NCBI GenBank assembly: GCA_965248445.1
Contig: CBDFJG010000001.1
Span: 558,131-622,130, forward strand
From: Planctomycetota bacterium
Lineage (GTDB): Bacteria > Planctomycetota > JAJSAM01 > JAJVHW01
Direction: 5' to 3'
DNA: 64,000 nt
Every line of letters begins with the position of its first letter. Positions within the stretch are counted from its first letter, which is position 1. Made by a program: the position numbers and the translations under genes. Positions 50,502 to 59,709 of this stretch are shown piece after piece. Below the pieces are notes generated by a model, which ran no database searches, had not been told where the DNA came from, and was given only the letters and a program-made list of their open reading frames with translations.

Positions 50502-50924
50502 GTGTCGCTGATCCTGCGCTGCCCGAAGTGCGCGACGGAGATCGTGATTCGCCGCAGGCATCGCGGTGCGACCGTGCCATGCCCCCACGACGGTTGCCCC
50601 GGCGACGTCCAGGTACCGCAGGAGTTCGACTCGCAGGGGCGTGTCCGCGAACTGCTCCAGGACCGCAAGCGCGCCGAGGGGATGACGGCCTTCGCGCTCG
50701 CCTCCTGCGTGATCTGGATTCCGATCGTGCCGGCGTTCGTGTGGTTCCACGCGCTGCGCCGGATCTGGAGTGCGCGCAGAGAGAACCGAGTGGTCACGCT
50801 CGACCTCTACACGGCGCGGACAACTGCGATCGTCGCGTTGATCGGGCAGCTGGCCTGGTACGCCGCGCGGTACGCGCACGAATCCCACGGCGTCGGCTTC
50901 AAGCCCTTCATGAGCTGGTGGTAG
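50502..50924 (+). CDS. Hypothetical zinc-ribbon membrane protein (140 aa)
   Basis: N-terminal CPKC...(16 aa)...CPHDGC zinc-ribbon followed by two hydrophobic helices. Confidence 0.4.
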   Translation: MSLILRCPKCATEIVIRRRHRGATVPCPHDGCPGDVQVPQEFDSQGRVRELLQDRKRAEGMTAFALASCVIWIPIVPAFVWFHALRRIWSARRENRVVTLDLYTARTTAIVALIGQLAWYAARYAHESHGVGFKPFMSWW

Positions 50925-51031
50925 CCCGCAGCCGGGCCAACGGAACACAGCGGCGCTCTGTGACCTCGGAGGCACCCCGCGCGTCCTGACCTGCGCGACA
51001 TCTCGGCTCGTATACTCACCCCGGAGGAGTC

Positions 51032-51559
51032 ATGCCGACCACGGACACAGAGAAGTTCACGCGCCGCGAGTACAACCAATTGCCCGAGGGCTTCCCCGCC
51101 TACCTCCTCGACGGCATGCTCGTCCGCGAGCCTGCCCCGACATTCAGCCATCAGGCGATCGTCGGCGCGTTGTACCTCCGCCTCGTCGCAGTGGCGCCCC
51201 GCCGCGTCCTGATGTCGCCGGTGGACGTCGTCATCGACGACTGGAACGTCCTGCAGCCCGATGTACTGGTGTTCCGTCCCGGCCGGCGGGCCGGGGTCGA
51301 CACGCCGGCCGAGGAGATCCCAGTGGCCGTCTTCGAGGTGCTCTCGCCGTCGACCGCTCGTCGCGACCGGAGAGAGAAGACGGCGGCCTACCTGCGCGCC
51401 GGGATCGAGGAGGTGTGGCTCGTCGACCCCGTCGCCTGCGAGGTCACGATCGTCACCGCTGTCGGTCGGAGCCACCTCTCCGCGAACGAGTACGCGGAGT
51501 CGAAGGTGATACCCGGCCTGCGCTTCACGTGGTCCGAGATCGTGCGCGACCTGGGCTAG
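51032..51559 (+). CDS. Uma2-family (DUF820) putative endonuclease
   Basis: ATG with GGAGGAG SD and TATACT -10-like hexamer upstream; PD-(D/E)xK-like VFEVLSPSTARRDRREKTAAYLRAGIEEVWLVDP. Confidence 0.8.
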   Translation: MPTTDTEKFTRREYNQLPEGFPAYLLDGMLVREPAPTFSHQAIVGALYLRLVAVAPRRVLMSPVDVVIDDWNVLQPDVLVFRPGRRAGVDTPAEEIPVAVFEVLSPSTARRDRREKTAAYLRAGIEEVWLVDPVACEVTIVTAVGRSHLSANEYAESKVIPGLRFTWSEIVRDLG

Positions 51560-51566
51560 CTCGCTT

Positions 51567-53741
51567 TCAGTTCTCGCCGTCGTAGGGCACGTCGAGCTCG
51601 TTCGCCACGAATGCCCACTTGTCGGCGACCTCGTCGATCTGCTTGCTGACCGGCTTTCCGGCGCCGTGACCCGCGCGGGTCTCGATCCGGATCAGGCACG
51701 GCGCGTCGCCGCCCTGCGCCCGCTGGAGTGCCGCGGCGAACTTGAAGCTGTGCGACGGCACGACGCGATCGTCGTGATCGCCCGTCATCACCATCGTGGG
51801 CGGGTACGAGGCACCCTCCTCGAGGTTGTGGTACGGCGAGTACTCACGGATATAGGCGAACGCATCCGGCTCATCTGGTGAGCCGTAGTCCGAGACCCAG
51901 GCCCATCCGATCGTGAACTTGTGGAAGCGCAGCATGTCGAGCACGCCCACGGCCGGGATGCACGCGCCGAACAGATCCGGCCGCTGCGTCATGCACGCAC
52001 CGACGAGCAGCCCGCCGTTGCTCCCGCCCGCGATGGCGAGCTTCGGCGTCGACGTGTACTTCTCCGCGATCAGCCACTCGGCGGCCGCGATGAAGTCGTC
52101 GAACACGTTCTGCTTGCGCTCGAGCGTGCCGGCCGCGTGCCACTCCTCGCCGTATTCCCCGCCACCCCGCAGGTTCGCGACGGCATGCACCCCACCCATC
52201 TCGAGCCACACGAGGTTCGATATGGCGAATCCGGGTGTCAACGGGATGTTGAACCCGCCGTAACCGTAGAGGTACGTCGGGTTGTTCCCGTCGAGCACGA
52301 GGCCCTTCTTGTGCGTCAGGAACATCAGGATCCGCGTCCCGTCCTTCGAGTTGTAGAAGACCTGCTCCGTCTCGAACGCGGTGCGCTCGAACGGCAGTTC
52401 GACGCGGCGGAAGAGCGTGCTCTCACCGGTCACGACGTCGTAGCGGTGGATCTCCGTCGGCGTCGTGAAGCTCGAGTACGCGTAGTGCGTGACGTCATCG
52501 CCGACGTGCCCGCCGAAGCCCGTCGCCGTCCCGAGCCCGGGCAACGGCACGTCGCGAACGTGTGAACCGTCGAGCCCGTGCACCCGCACGAGGCTGCGCG
52601 CGTCCTGCAGGTACTCGCAGACGAGGTGATCTCCGACACGTGAGACGTTCCTCAGCGTCTCGTCGGCATGCGGGATCAGCTCGACCCACTGGTCGCGCGC
52701 CGGCCGGTCGAGGTCGATCGCGAGGACCCGGCCGCGCTCGGCATCGAGATCGGTGCGCACGATGAAGCGGCGGCCGACGTTGGCCACGACGTCATAGCTC
52801 GCGTCGTTCTCGTCGAGCAAGCGGACGAGCTCACCCTCGCGGCCGTCGTCCAGATCGACGTAGTGGATGCGGTTCTCGCGCGCCGTGCCTTCCCACACGT
52901 AGATGACCAGGAACGCCCCGTCCTCGCTCACACGGGCGCCGAAGCCGCGCTTGGGGTGCTCGGGATCCTGGAGAACCACGCGATCTCCGTTGGGATCGGT
53001 CCCCAGCGCATGGAACTGCATGCGCTGCTTCTCGTTCTTGCTCTCGTACTCCTCGCCTTCCGCGGGCTGGTCGTAGCAGCTGTAGTAGAAGCCGCTGCCG
53101 TCCCGGGCCCACGCGGCGCCGCTGAACTTCGCCCACTCGACTCGATCCGCGCGGTCCGCGCCGGTGGCCACCTCGCGTACACGCCACTCGATCCAGTCGG
53201 AGCCGGCGATCTGTACTGCATACGCGACCAGCGCGCCGTCGGGACTCGGCGACACCTGCCCGAGAGCAACGGTGCCGTCCTCGGACAACTTGTTCGGATC
53301 GATGAGCGCGCGCGGCTCGGCGCCGTCGTGATCCACCACGTACAGAACGCTCTGGTCCTGCAGCCCGTCGTTGTGGCGGTAGAACGTCTTACCGCCGCGC
53401 CGGTAAGGAACGTCGTACCGTTCGTGGTCCCACAGGTCCTCGATCCGCTTGCGGATGGCGGCCCGCTGAGGGATGCCCGCGAGATGCGCCTGCGTCACCG
53501 CGTTCTGCGCCTCGACGAACGCAGCCGTTGCCGGACTGTCCAGGTCTTCCAGCCAGCGGTACGGATCGGCGACCTCGACACCGTGCAACGTCTCAACGAC
53601 GTCGCCGCGACGCACGTCGGGGTAGGCCGGCGCTTCGGTGGTCTCGCTCATGGGTTGGTCGCCTCCGCAGGCCGCCACGATCGAGACAGCCGCCAGGACG
53701 GCGAAGACTCGGACAGAGTGGGCACCTGTTTGCATCTGCAT
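51567..53741 (-). CDS. Prolyl oligopeptidase (S9A family), secreted or lipoprotein form
   Basis: Catalytic Ser region GGSNGGLLVGA; N-terminal beta-propeller and C-terminal alpha/beta hydrolase domains; signal peptide with AACGG. Confidence 0.85.
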   Translation of the reverse strand: MQMQTGAHSVRVFAVLAAVSIVAACGGDQPMSETTEAPAYPDVRRGDVVETLHGVEVADPYRWLEDLDSPATAAFVEAQNAVTQAHLAGIPQRAAIRKRIEDLWDHERYDVPYRRGGKTFYRHNDGLQDQSVLYVVDHDGAEPRALIDPNKLSEDGTVALGQVSPSPDGALVAYAVQIAGSDWIEWRVREVATGADRADRVEWAKFSGAAWARDGSGFYYSCYDQPAEGEEYESKNEKQRMQFHALGTDPNGDRVVLQDPEHPKRGFGARVSEDGAFLVIYVWEGTARENRIHYVDLDDGREGELVRLLDENDASYDVVANVGRRFIVRTDLDAERGRVLAIDLDRPARDQWVELIPHADETLRNVSRVGDHLVCEYLQDARSLVRVHGLDGSHVRDVPLPGLGTATGFGGHVGDDVTHYAYSSFTTPTEIHRYDVVTGESTLFRRVELPFERTAFETEQVFYNSKDGTRILMFLTHKKGLVLDGNNPTYLYGYGGFNIPLTPGFAISNLVWLEMGGVHAVANLRGGGEYGEEWHAAGTLERKQNVFDDFIAAAEWLIAEKYTSTPKLAIAGGSNGGLLVGACMTQRPDLFGACIPAVGVLDMLRFHKFTIGWAWVSDYGSPDEPDAFAYIREYSPYHNLEEGASYPPTMVMTGDHDDRVVPSHSFKFAAALQRAQGGDAPCLIRIETRAGHGAGKPVSKQIDEVADKWAFVANELDVPYDGEN

Positions 53742-53828
53742 CTCTCTGGTCCAGCGCCACCCGCGCGCGCCGAGCCGCAGATCGTAGCCCGGCCGCAGGC
53801 TTCGTCCACGCGCAGGTCGGGCGCGGCG

Positions 53829-55006
53829 TCAGCTGAGGCCGGAGAGCGCCTGATCGACGTCCGCCCAGACGTCCTCGACGTGCTCGATCCCGCACGAGAT
53901 ACGCAGGAGCCCGTCGCCGATCCCGAGCAGTTCGCGCTGCTCGGCGGTCAACGCGGCGTGAGACGACGTGGCGGGGTGCGCCACGGTCGTCGTCACGCCG
54001 CCCAGGCTGGGCGTGAACGTGAGCAGGCGCAGGGCCCGCACGAAGTCGTCGACGCGAGCCCGCGAACCCGTGTCGAACGCCACGAGCGCGCATGCGCCCG
54101 AGTGATGCACGGCCCCACCGCCGGGTGTTCGCGCAGGCGTGCGGCCAGTGTCGCCGCGTTCTGGCACCCGCGCTCCATGCGGAGTGCGAGCGTGCGCAGC
54201 CCGCGGTCGCAGAGCCACGCGTCGAACGGACTGGCCCGGCCGCCCAGGTGGACCGACTTCGTGCGCACACGGTCCATATCCGCTGTGGTGCCGCACACGA
54301 CACCGACCGTCACGTCGTGGTGTCCGCCGAGGAACTTGGTCCCCGAGTGCAAGACGATGTCTGCGCCCTCGGTGAGCGGGCGGGAGAGCATCGGCGTCGC
54401 GAACGTCCCATCTACGACGAGGCGGACGTCCGCATCTCCGCACGCAGCCGCTAGCGCGGCGACGTCCACGCGGCGGAGCAGGGGATTCGAGATGGACTCG
54501 ACGAGCAGCAGCTTCGGGTTGCCGCCGGCCGCCGCGCGGACGGCGTCCGTGTCGTACGCATCGACCGCAACGACATCGATGCCCAGCGGCCCGAGGTCGC
54601 CCTCTAACAGTCCCATCGTGCCGCCGTACGCGTCGGACTGGACAAGGACCGCGTCTCCGGAAGATGCGAAGGCCAGCACCGTCGCCGAGATCGCCGCGAG
54701 TCCGCTCGCCGTCGCCACGCCGTCCTCGGCCTCCTCGAGCGCCACCATGGACAGCTCGAGCGTGCGGCCGTTCGGGTGGCCGTACCGCGCGTACGCGTAT
54801 CCCTCGCGACCGGACAGTGGACGGAGCGACGCGGCCACGTCCTCGAAGTCGTACGCGGTGCTGACCTGCAGCGGCGGCCGGTGCGGGCGCGCGCGCAGGC
54901 CCGGGGGCTGCTGCTCGGGAGCAGGTGCGCGGGCGCCACGGGCCGCCTGCGTCTCCCTGCGCTGCACCGCTTCTCTGGGCGGCGCCGGCGGCTCCTTGTC
55001 ACTCAT
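53829..55006 (-). pseudogene. PLP-dependent trans-sulfuration family enzyme, disrupted by frameshift/indel
   Basis: N-terminal frame (53993..55006) carries the core up to ...[10 protein letters not shown]...EHPAV; the conserved C-terminus ([18 protein letters not shown]...[14 protein letters not shown]) is in another frame (53829..54443); ~18 residues expected between the two appear missing near 54090-54130. Confidence 0.6.
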
Positions 55007-55028
55007 CCGAGCAGGGTACCCCGCCGAC

Positions 55029-56402
55029 TCAACGGGTTCGAAGTGGAGCGTGGAACTTCACGAAGAGCCGGCCGGCACGGGTCACGACCAACACCCGGCC
55101 CGCGAGGGCCTCCGGGGCACCTTCCGGCGGCAGCGTGACATCGCACTCGACCCAGACCGAGAGGCGTCGGCCTGCGCCCAGCGCGGTCCGCCTCGTGGGC
55201 TGTCCGATGCGCAGCCGCTCATCCGTGAACTCCAGCAGCGGAGACGCAACCAAGTCGGCCGTTCGCAACCCCTTCGCGAAGTGCAGACCAACGTGCAGAC
55301 GCACGAGGGCGCGTCCCGTGCTGTCGCCGACGATCACGGTCTCGACGGTGATGCGCTCCCCGGCGTTCTCGGACCCGGCGAAATCAAGCTCGCTACGCTC
55401 GACCGTCTTGCGCACGCGCGGATCGAGCAACTCCGCACCGGAGAGGCCCGTACGGAGGTCGAGCGGGTGCTCGTCGCGCGGCTGTATCGACCGCCGGGCT
55501 TCGCTGACCCACGGATAGAACGGGTACGGCTTGTCGAGCAACGGCCCGTACTGCTGGATGCGACGACGCCAGATGTACTGCTTCTTCCGGAGATCCAGGG
55601 CGCCGGACCAGGCGTCCACAGCCCGTTGGAAGTCCCCCGGCTGCGCACCGTTCGAGTCGTGGCGCATGCGATGCGCAACGCCCAGGCGGAACCGCGCGGC
55701 CGCGTCCTCGGAGTGCGTGTCGACGTACGCGCCGATCGTCTCAATCGCTCCGTCGCGAGCGTCCTCGGAGCCCCACAGCAGGGATGTCAGGGCCTCGAAG
55801 TACTTGCGATCGGGAGCCGTCCGAGCCATCCCGTCGAGCTCGATCAGACGACCCTTGGCGTGCGCGCCGTCGGCCGGCGGCAGGTCATCGGGGGCGTCGA
55901 ACGCGACGTCGAGGAACTCCTTCTCGATCGTCTCGAGCGTCGGCCGTTTGGAACGCACGACGCCGTGTTCGTCGACCAGCGTCAGGTTCGGCACGGCGGC
56001 AGCCCCCGTGACGTTCAGCGGATCCCACAGGATCGGCCAGTCGATCTCGTGCCACTGAGCGAACAGGCGCGCGCGGTCCCGGTGCTGTTCCTGCACGATG
56101 CCGATGACCGCGAGCTTCCCGCTCTTGCGCCACTTCTCGGTCGCGCGGTGCCACACGGGCACCTTCTTGCGGCAACCCGCTCACCAGGAGGCAAACTCGA
56201 TCAGGAGCAACTTCTTGCCGCGGTAGTCCGAGAGGCGGACCGTCTGCTCACCGTCGATCGTTGGCAATCGCACGTCGGGCAGGACCTCCCCGATCGCGGC
56301 CCGTGCCGGCTCTCGGTCGCCCGCGATCGCCACGGCGCTGAGCGTAACGACAAGCATTGTCGCGAGCCTGCGTGGACGCATCACAAGCCTGCGTGGACGC
56401 AT
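55029..56402 (-). CDS. Candidate selenoprotein: secreted TlpA/ResA-like thioredoxin-fold protein with in-frame TGA (Sec) at 56181-56183, plus ~300-aa C-terminal domain
   Basis: ORFs 56181..56402 and 55029..56162 share a frame and are separated only by the TGA; translation ...GKKLLLIEFASW-[TGA]-AGCRKKVPVW... puts the TGA at the first Cys of a thioredoxin CxxC motif; signal peptide present; hairpin 18 nt downstream. Confidence 0.6.
56147..56180 (-). promoter_or_regulatory. Candidate SECIS-like hairpin downstream of the in-frame UGA
   Basis: mRNA: UGA-GCGG-GUUG-CCGC-AAGAAG-GGUGCC-CGUGU-GGCACC; perfect 6-bp stem with 5-nt loop 18-34 nt after the UGA, preceded by a 4-bp minihairpin. Confidence 0.3.
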
Positions 56403-56773
56403 CAGAAGAAGCCGTGATCCAGGTCCACCTCGTGGCTGTCCAGGACCCCTTCACTCAGCCGGATCGTGACTGTGCCGTGCGTGTTTCCCGGATCGATGTC
56501 CGCAGCGACACGCGCAAAGCGATCCTTGCCGTGGGAGTCCTTCCACCGCACGCGGACCTTTTCGGTCGGTGCGGTGGGCTCGACCTTGACGCTGTCGCTG
56601 GCGCCGTCTTCCAGATCATCGAGCGGGTACTCCGTCCCCTGTACCTCGACCCGCACTGACGTGAGTGTCACGCCGGACACGTTCTCGACGACAACCCGGA
56701 TGCCCTTGCCGAGCGCCACCCACACGAAGAGTGCGATCGTGAGCACCGCGACGACTACCGCGACCTTCTTCAT
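56402..56773 (-). CDS. Small membrane-anchored or secreted protein (123 aa)
   Basis: ATG at 56773 overlaps the upstream stop (ATGA); its own stop overlaps the next start (ATGA); N-terminal hydrophobic helix MKKVAVVVAVLTIALFVWVAL. Confidence 0.5.
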   Translation of the reverse strand: MKKVAVVVAVLTIALFVWVALGKGIRVVVENVSGVTLTSVRVEVQGTEYPLDDLEDGASDSVKVEPTAPTEKVRVRWKDSHGKDRFARVAADIDPGNTHGTVTIRLSEGVLDSHEVDLDHGFF

Positions 56774-58605
56774 TCGTCGTCCTCTTCTTCGGTGGCGGGC
56801 GGCACTTCGCTCGCGAGCGGGATCCACTCGACGTACCCGATCATCATCTCCTCCGAAGTCTGCTCCCCGAAGCGCACTCTGCGCGTGGGGTCGGGATTGG
56901 CCGGGTTGTCGGCGCTGTTGTCGAACCACGCAACGCAGTCGATCCGCGCTCCGGCAGGCACGTCGATGGGATCGCGGAGGCGGTAGTTCAGCTGCCAGTT
57001 GAAGTCGTACCGCGGCACGTCGAGGAGCCGCGTGCGCTCCCCGTCCGGCAGCACCAGTTCGTAACGGAAGCCGGCACCGCGGAGGTGCATGTGCGGCGTG
57101 AGAGACAGCAGACGCGCCGGCTGGCGGAACGAGTGGTCCGCGCGAACTGCGTGGCGCTTCGCACCGGGGGGGATGCGGAAGCGAGTATTGTGGATGCCCG
57201 TCGAACGCACCTCGTGGTCCGGGGGGCCGTCCGTGAACACGAGACCGAGCCGCGGTCGGTCCTGCACCGCCTCGCCGTTCGGCGTGTAGTGGATCTGGAA
57301 GCGCAGGCGCGCGCCCTTCGGCAAGAAGCGCCCGGACGCGCGCGGGAACACCAGGTGGTTCTGTCCGGGGACCATCGCTGCGAAGTACCCGGAGACACCA
57401 TTCTGGTCGCGCGGCTGCTCCATCATCCGCGGGTGTGACGCCGGATAGTGGCAGAACACGAGGATGTGGTGCACGACCTGGGGGTGCGTCGGCTGCACCT
57501 CGAACGCGCGCACCCACTTGTCCTCGTCGAACGACGTGGTCAGCGTCTGATACTGGTACTGCATGATGCCGTCGGCCGGCACGTCGGTCGTCTTGGGCAC
57601 GTCGATCACGACGTCCGGCCGGCCGATGTTCCAGCCGGTCGCCCGCGCGATCGGTAGGGGCGCGTCCGACGTCTCGCCCTCTGGGCAGTCGCCCGCGATC
57701 CACTCGAGAAGCGTCGCGCGCTCCCGCTCGGTGAGACTCAGGTCGTTGCCCATCGGCACGGAGTGGGCCGCGTCGGCAAACCACGGCGGCATGACCCGAC
57801 GCTCGACGACATCGGCGATCATCGCGCGATGCCCGCGCACCTCCTTGTACGACGTCAGCGAGAAGGGCGCGCTTTGCTGCGGCCGATGGCACGAGACGCA
57901 CCGACGATCGACGATGCGCGCCACGCTGCCGTGGTACGTCGGCAGTTCCTCCGCCGCAAGCGCATCGCCGGCTGCGACTGCGCACCCCGGAGCGGTCGTG
58001 GCGGCGACGTCCGGCGCGGCGTTCGCCGCCACCGACGCCAGCGCGTCACGCAGGTAGTGGTGCCGCGCCGCCGCGAGCGCGTAGCCGAACCCGTAGCGAT
58101 CGTCGATCGCACCGCGGTAGACCAGTGTGCGCGCGCCGTCGAGGACGAACGCCTCGGTCGTCGTCCCGACGCGCAGCGCCCGGGCCAGCTCACCGCCTGG
58201 ATCGTGGATCCAGCGGCCGGAGACACCGGTCTTCTCCCGGCTCGTGCGCACCATCTCGACCGTGTCGGCCTCACCGACGCCGAGCACGATGCAGACGATC
58301 CCGTCTTTCTCGAACTGCGCCGAGAGTGACTTCTGCGTCGGGCCGTACCGCTTGGACAGCGGGCACGTGGTCGAACGGGCGAGCACCACGACCGTCTTGC
58401 CCCTGTACTCCGACAGCCGTCCGACCTTGCCGTCGATGTCAGAGAACGCCGCGTCCGCAACGAGGACCCCGACGCCGGCTGCGGCCGCGTCGAGTGTGCG
58501 CGGCGCCTGGCGCACGGCGCTCTCGCCCTCCCCCGCGGTGATGCTCACGGGCCACGCGACGCACGCAATGCCGAGGAGGGTCAGCAGAGTGCGTATGACC
58601 GTCAC
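56770..58605 (-). CDS. Periplasmic fusion protein: thioredoxin-like (CxxS) domain + c-type cytochrome (CxxCH) + Cu-monooxygenase-like domain
   Basis: GTG at 58605 with GGGAGA SD, overlapping the upstream stop (GTGA); signal peptide TLLTLLGIACVAW; redoxin-like block with TTCPLS; heme motif CVSCH; C-terminal His/Met pattern HHILVFCHY ... HMHLRG ... MMIGY reminiscent of type II Cu monooxygenases. Confidence 0.7.
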   Translation of the reverse strand: MTVIRTLLTLLGIACVAWPVSITAGEGESAVRQAPRTLDAAAAGVGVLVADAAFSDIDGKVGRLSEYRGKTVVVLARSTTCPLSKRYGPTQKSLSAQFEKDGIVCIVLGVGEADTVEMVRTSREKTGVSGRWIHDPGGELARALRVGTTTEAFVLDGARTLVYRGAIDDRYGFGYALAAARHHYLRDALASVAANAAPDVAATTAPGCAVAAGDALAAEELPTYHGSVARIVDRRCVSCHRPQQSAPFSLTSYKEVRGHRAMIADVVERRVMPPWFADAAHSVPMGNDLSLTERERATLLEWIAGDCPEGETSDAPLPIARATGWNIGRPDVVIDVPKTTDVPADGIMQYQYQTLTTSFDEDKWVRAFEVQPTHPQVVHHILVFCHYPASHPRMMEQPRDQNGVSGYFAAMVPGQNHLVFPRASGRFLPKGARLRFQIHYTPNGEAVQDRPRLGLVFTDGPPDHEVRSTGIHNTRFRIPPGAKRHAVRADHSFRQPARLLSLTPHMHLRGAGFRYELVLPDGERTRLLDVPRYDFNWQLNYRLRDPIDVPAGARIDCVAWFDNSADNPANPDPTRRVRFGEQTSEEMMIGYVEWIPLASEVPPATEEEDDE

Positions 58606-59024
58606 GCGTCTCCCTCGCCGGAATCCCCCGCCGCGTGCAGACGCCACCGCATCCCGGCGAACGTCAGGAGCAGCGCGGGTGCAATGGTCAACAGCTGCGC
58701 CAACCGCCCGATCTCGAAGACGAGTTGCGCGCCGGTGACCCAGAGGAGCGAGTAGAGCGCCGCACCTACGCCGAGCCAGAGCGCGCGCCCCGTCCACGGA
58801 CGTCCGTTCCACATGCCCGCCGCGGCGAGGCCCGGGAAGAGGACGTACGCGATGAAATCCGGAGGTACGAAGCTCCAGGCGAAGTGTGGCTCGACGCCCG
58901 CCGGCAGGTACTGCTCCGCCACGAGTTCAGGACGCAGAAGCGTGACGACGATGCCCGCTGTGCCCGCGAGCGACAGCGCGATCAGCGCAGCGGTCCACCA
59001 GCGTCTCTCCCCCCGTGCGAGCAT
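58602..59024 (-). CDS. Small polytopic membrane protein (140 aa), possibly DoxX/MauE-like
   Basis: Four predicted hydrophobic helices; stop overlaps the downstream start; 36 bp after the lipoprotein gene. Confidence 0.5.
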   Translation of the reverse strand: MLARGERRWWTAALIALSLAGTAGIVVTLLRPELVAEQYLPAGVEPHFAWSFVPPDFIAYVLFPGLAAAGMWNGRPWTGRALWLGVGAALYSLLWVTGAQLVFEIGRLAQLLTIAPALLLTFAGMRWRLHAAGDSGEGDA

Positions 59025-59060
59025 CTGACCCTTCTAACAAAATTGGGCTACCAGTCCCGG

Positions 59061-59627
59061 TCACCAGTGATGGCCGAACCCGAAGCCGTAGCCGTGGTGG
59101 CCGCCGTAGTGGCCGAACCCGAAGGACCAGTGGCCGTAGTGCGGGTACGCGTCATGGTAGGCGTATCGCACCCGCTCGAAGTTGACGTGTCCGTCCGCGG
59201 TCTTGTTCCCGACGAGGGCCCTCCAGCGGACGGCCAGGCCGTCGAGGTCGACGTCGACGTCCTCGGGGAGCCCGAAGTACGCCGTGAACTGCCGCGACGT
59301 ACCAGCCGGGACCGTCGTGTCACCGTCCGGGCCGAAGCCCACCAGCGGTAGGTCGATCAGGTCGGCCGACACGGCGTTCAGGTGCTCCTTCTGGAGCGTG
59401 ACGTCCCGGTCGGGTGGCGCTTCGATGCGGAGCCGGACGTCCACCGACTCGGGCAGTCCGTCGGCGGCCGAGGCGCGGCGCACACCTTCGACGGCGGCGA
59501 GCACGCGGGCCTTGCTCTCGGTGACAGCGACGGCGGGAGCCGGCGAGTACTGAAAGCCGGGACGGTAGGTGGAGCAGGCGGAGAGCAGCAGCAGGGCCGC
59601 CGCGGGAATGAGGATGCGATGGGTCAT
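59061..59627 (-). CDS. Lipoprotein with C-terminal His/Gly/Tyr/Trp-rich tail
   Basis: ATG at 59627 with GGAGAG SD; lipobox LLLLSAC; tail HYGHWSFGFGHYGGHHGYGFGFGHHW. Confidence 0.65.
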   Translation of the reverse strand: MTHRILIPAAALLLLSACSTYRPGFQYSPAPAVAVTESKARVLAAVEGVRRASAADGLPESVDVRLRIEAPPDRDVTLQKEHLNAVSADLIDLPLVGFGPDGDTTVPAGTSRQFTAYFGLPEDVDVDLDGLAVRWRALVGNKTADGHVNFERVRYAYHDAYPHYGHWSFGFGHYGGHHGYGFGFGHHW

Positions 59628-59709
59628 GGTGTCTCTCCGTGAGGAGGGTGTCCGGGGGACCCGCCGCTAAGAGGGTACCCTCCCGCTTCGAACCGACAGG
59701 AGAACGTCC

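Noticed and set aside
52668-56417. 1249-aa ORF on the plus strand
   Set aside because: Antisense to four well-supported minus-strand genes (prolyl oligopeptidase, PLP enzyme, Trx-like genes); low-complexity Arg/Ala-rich translation typical of antisense GC-rich sequence.
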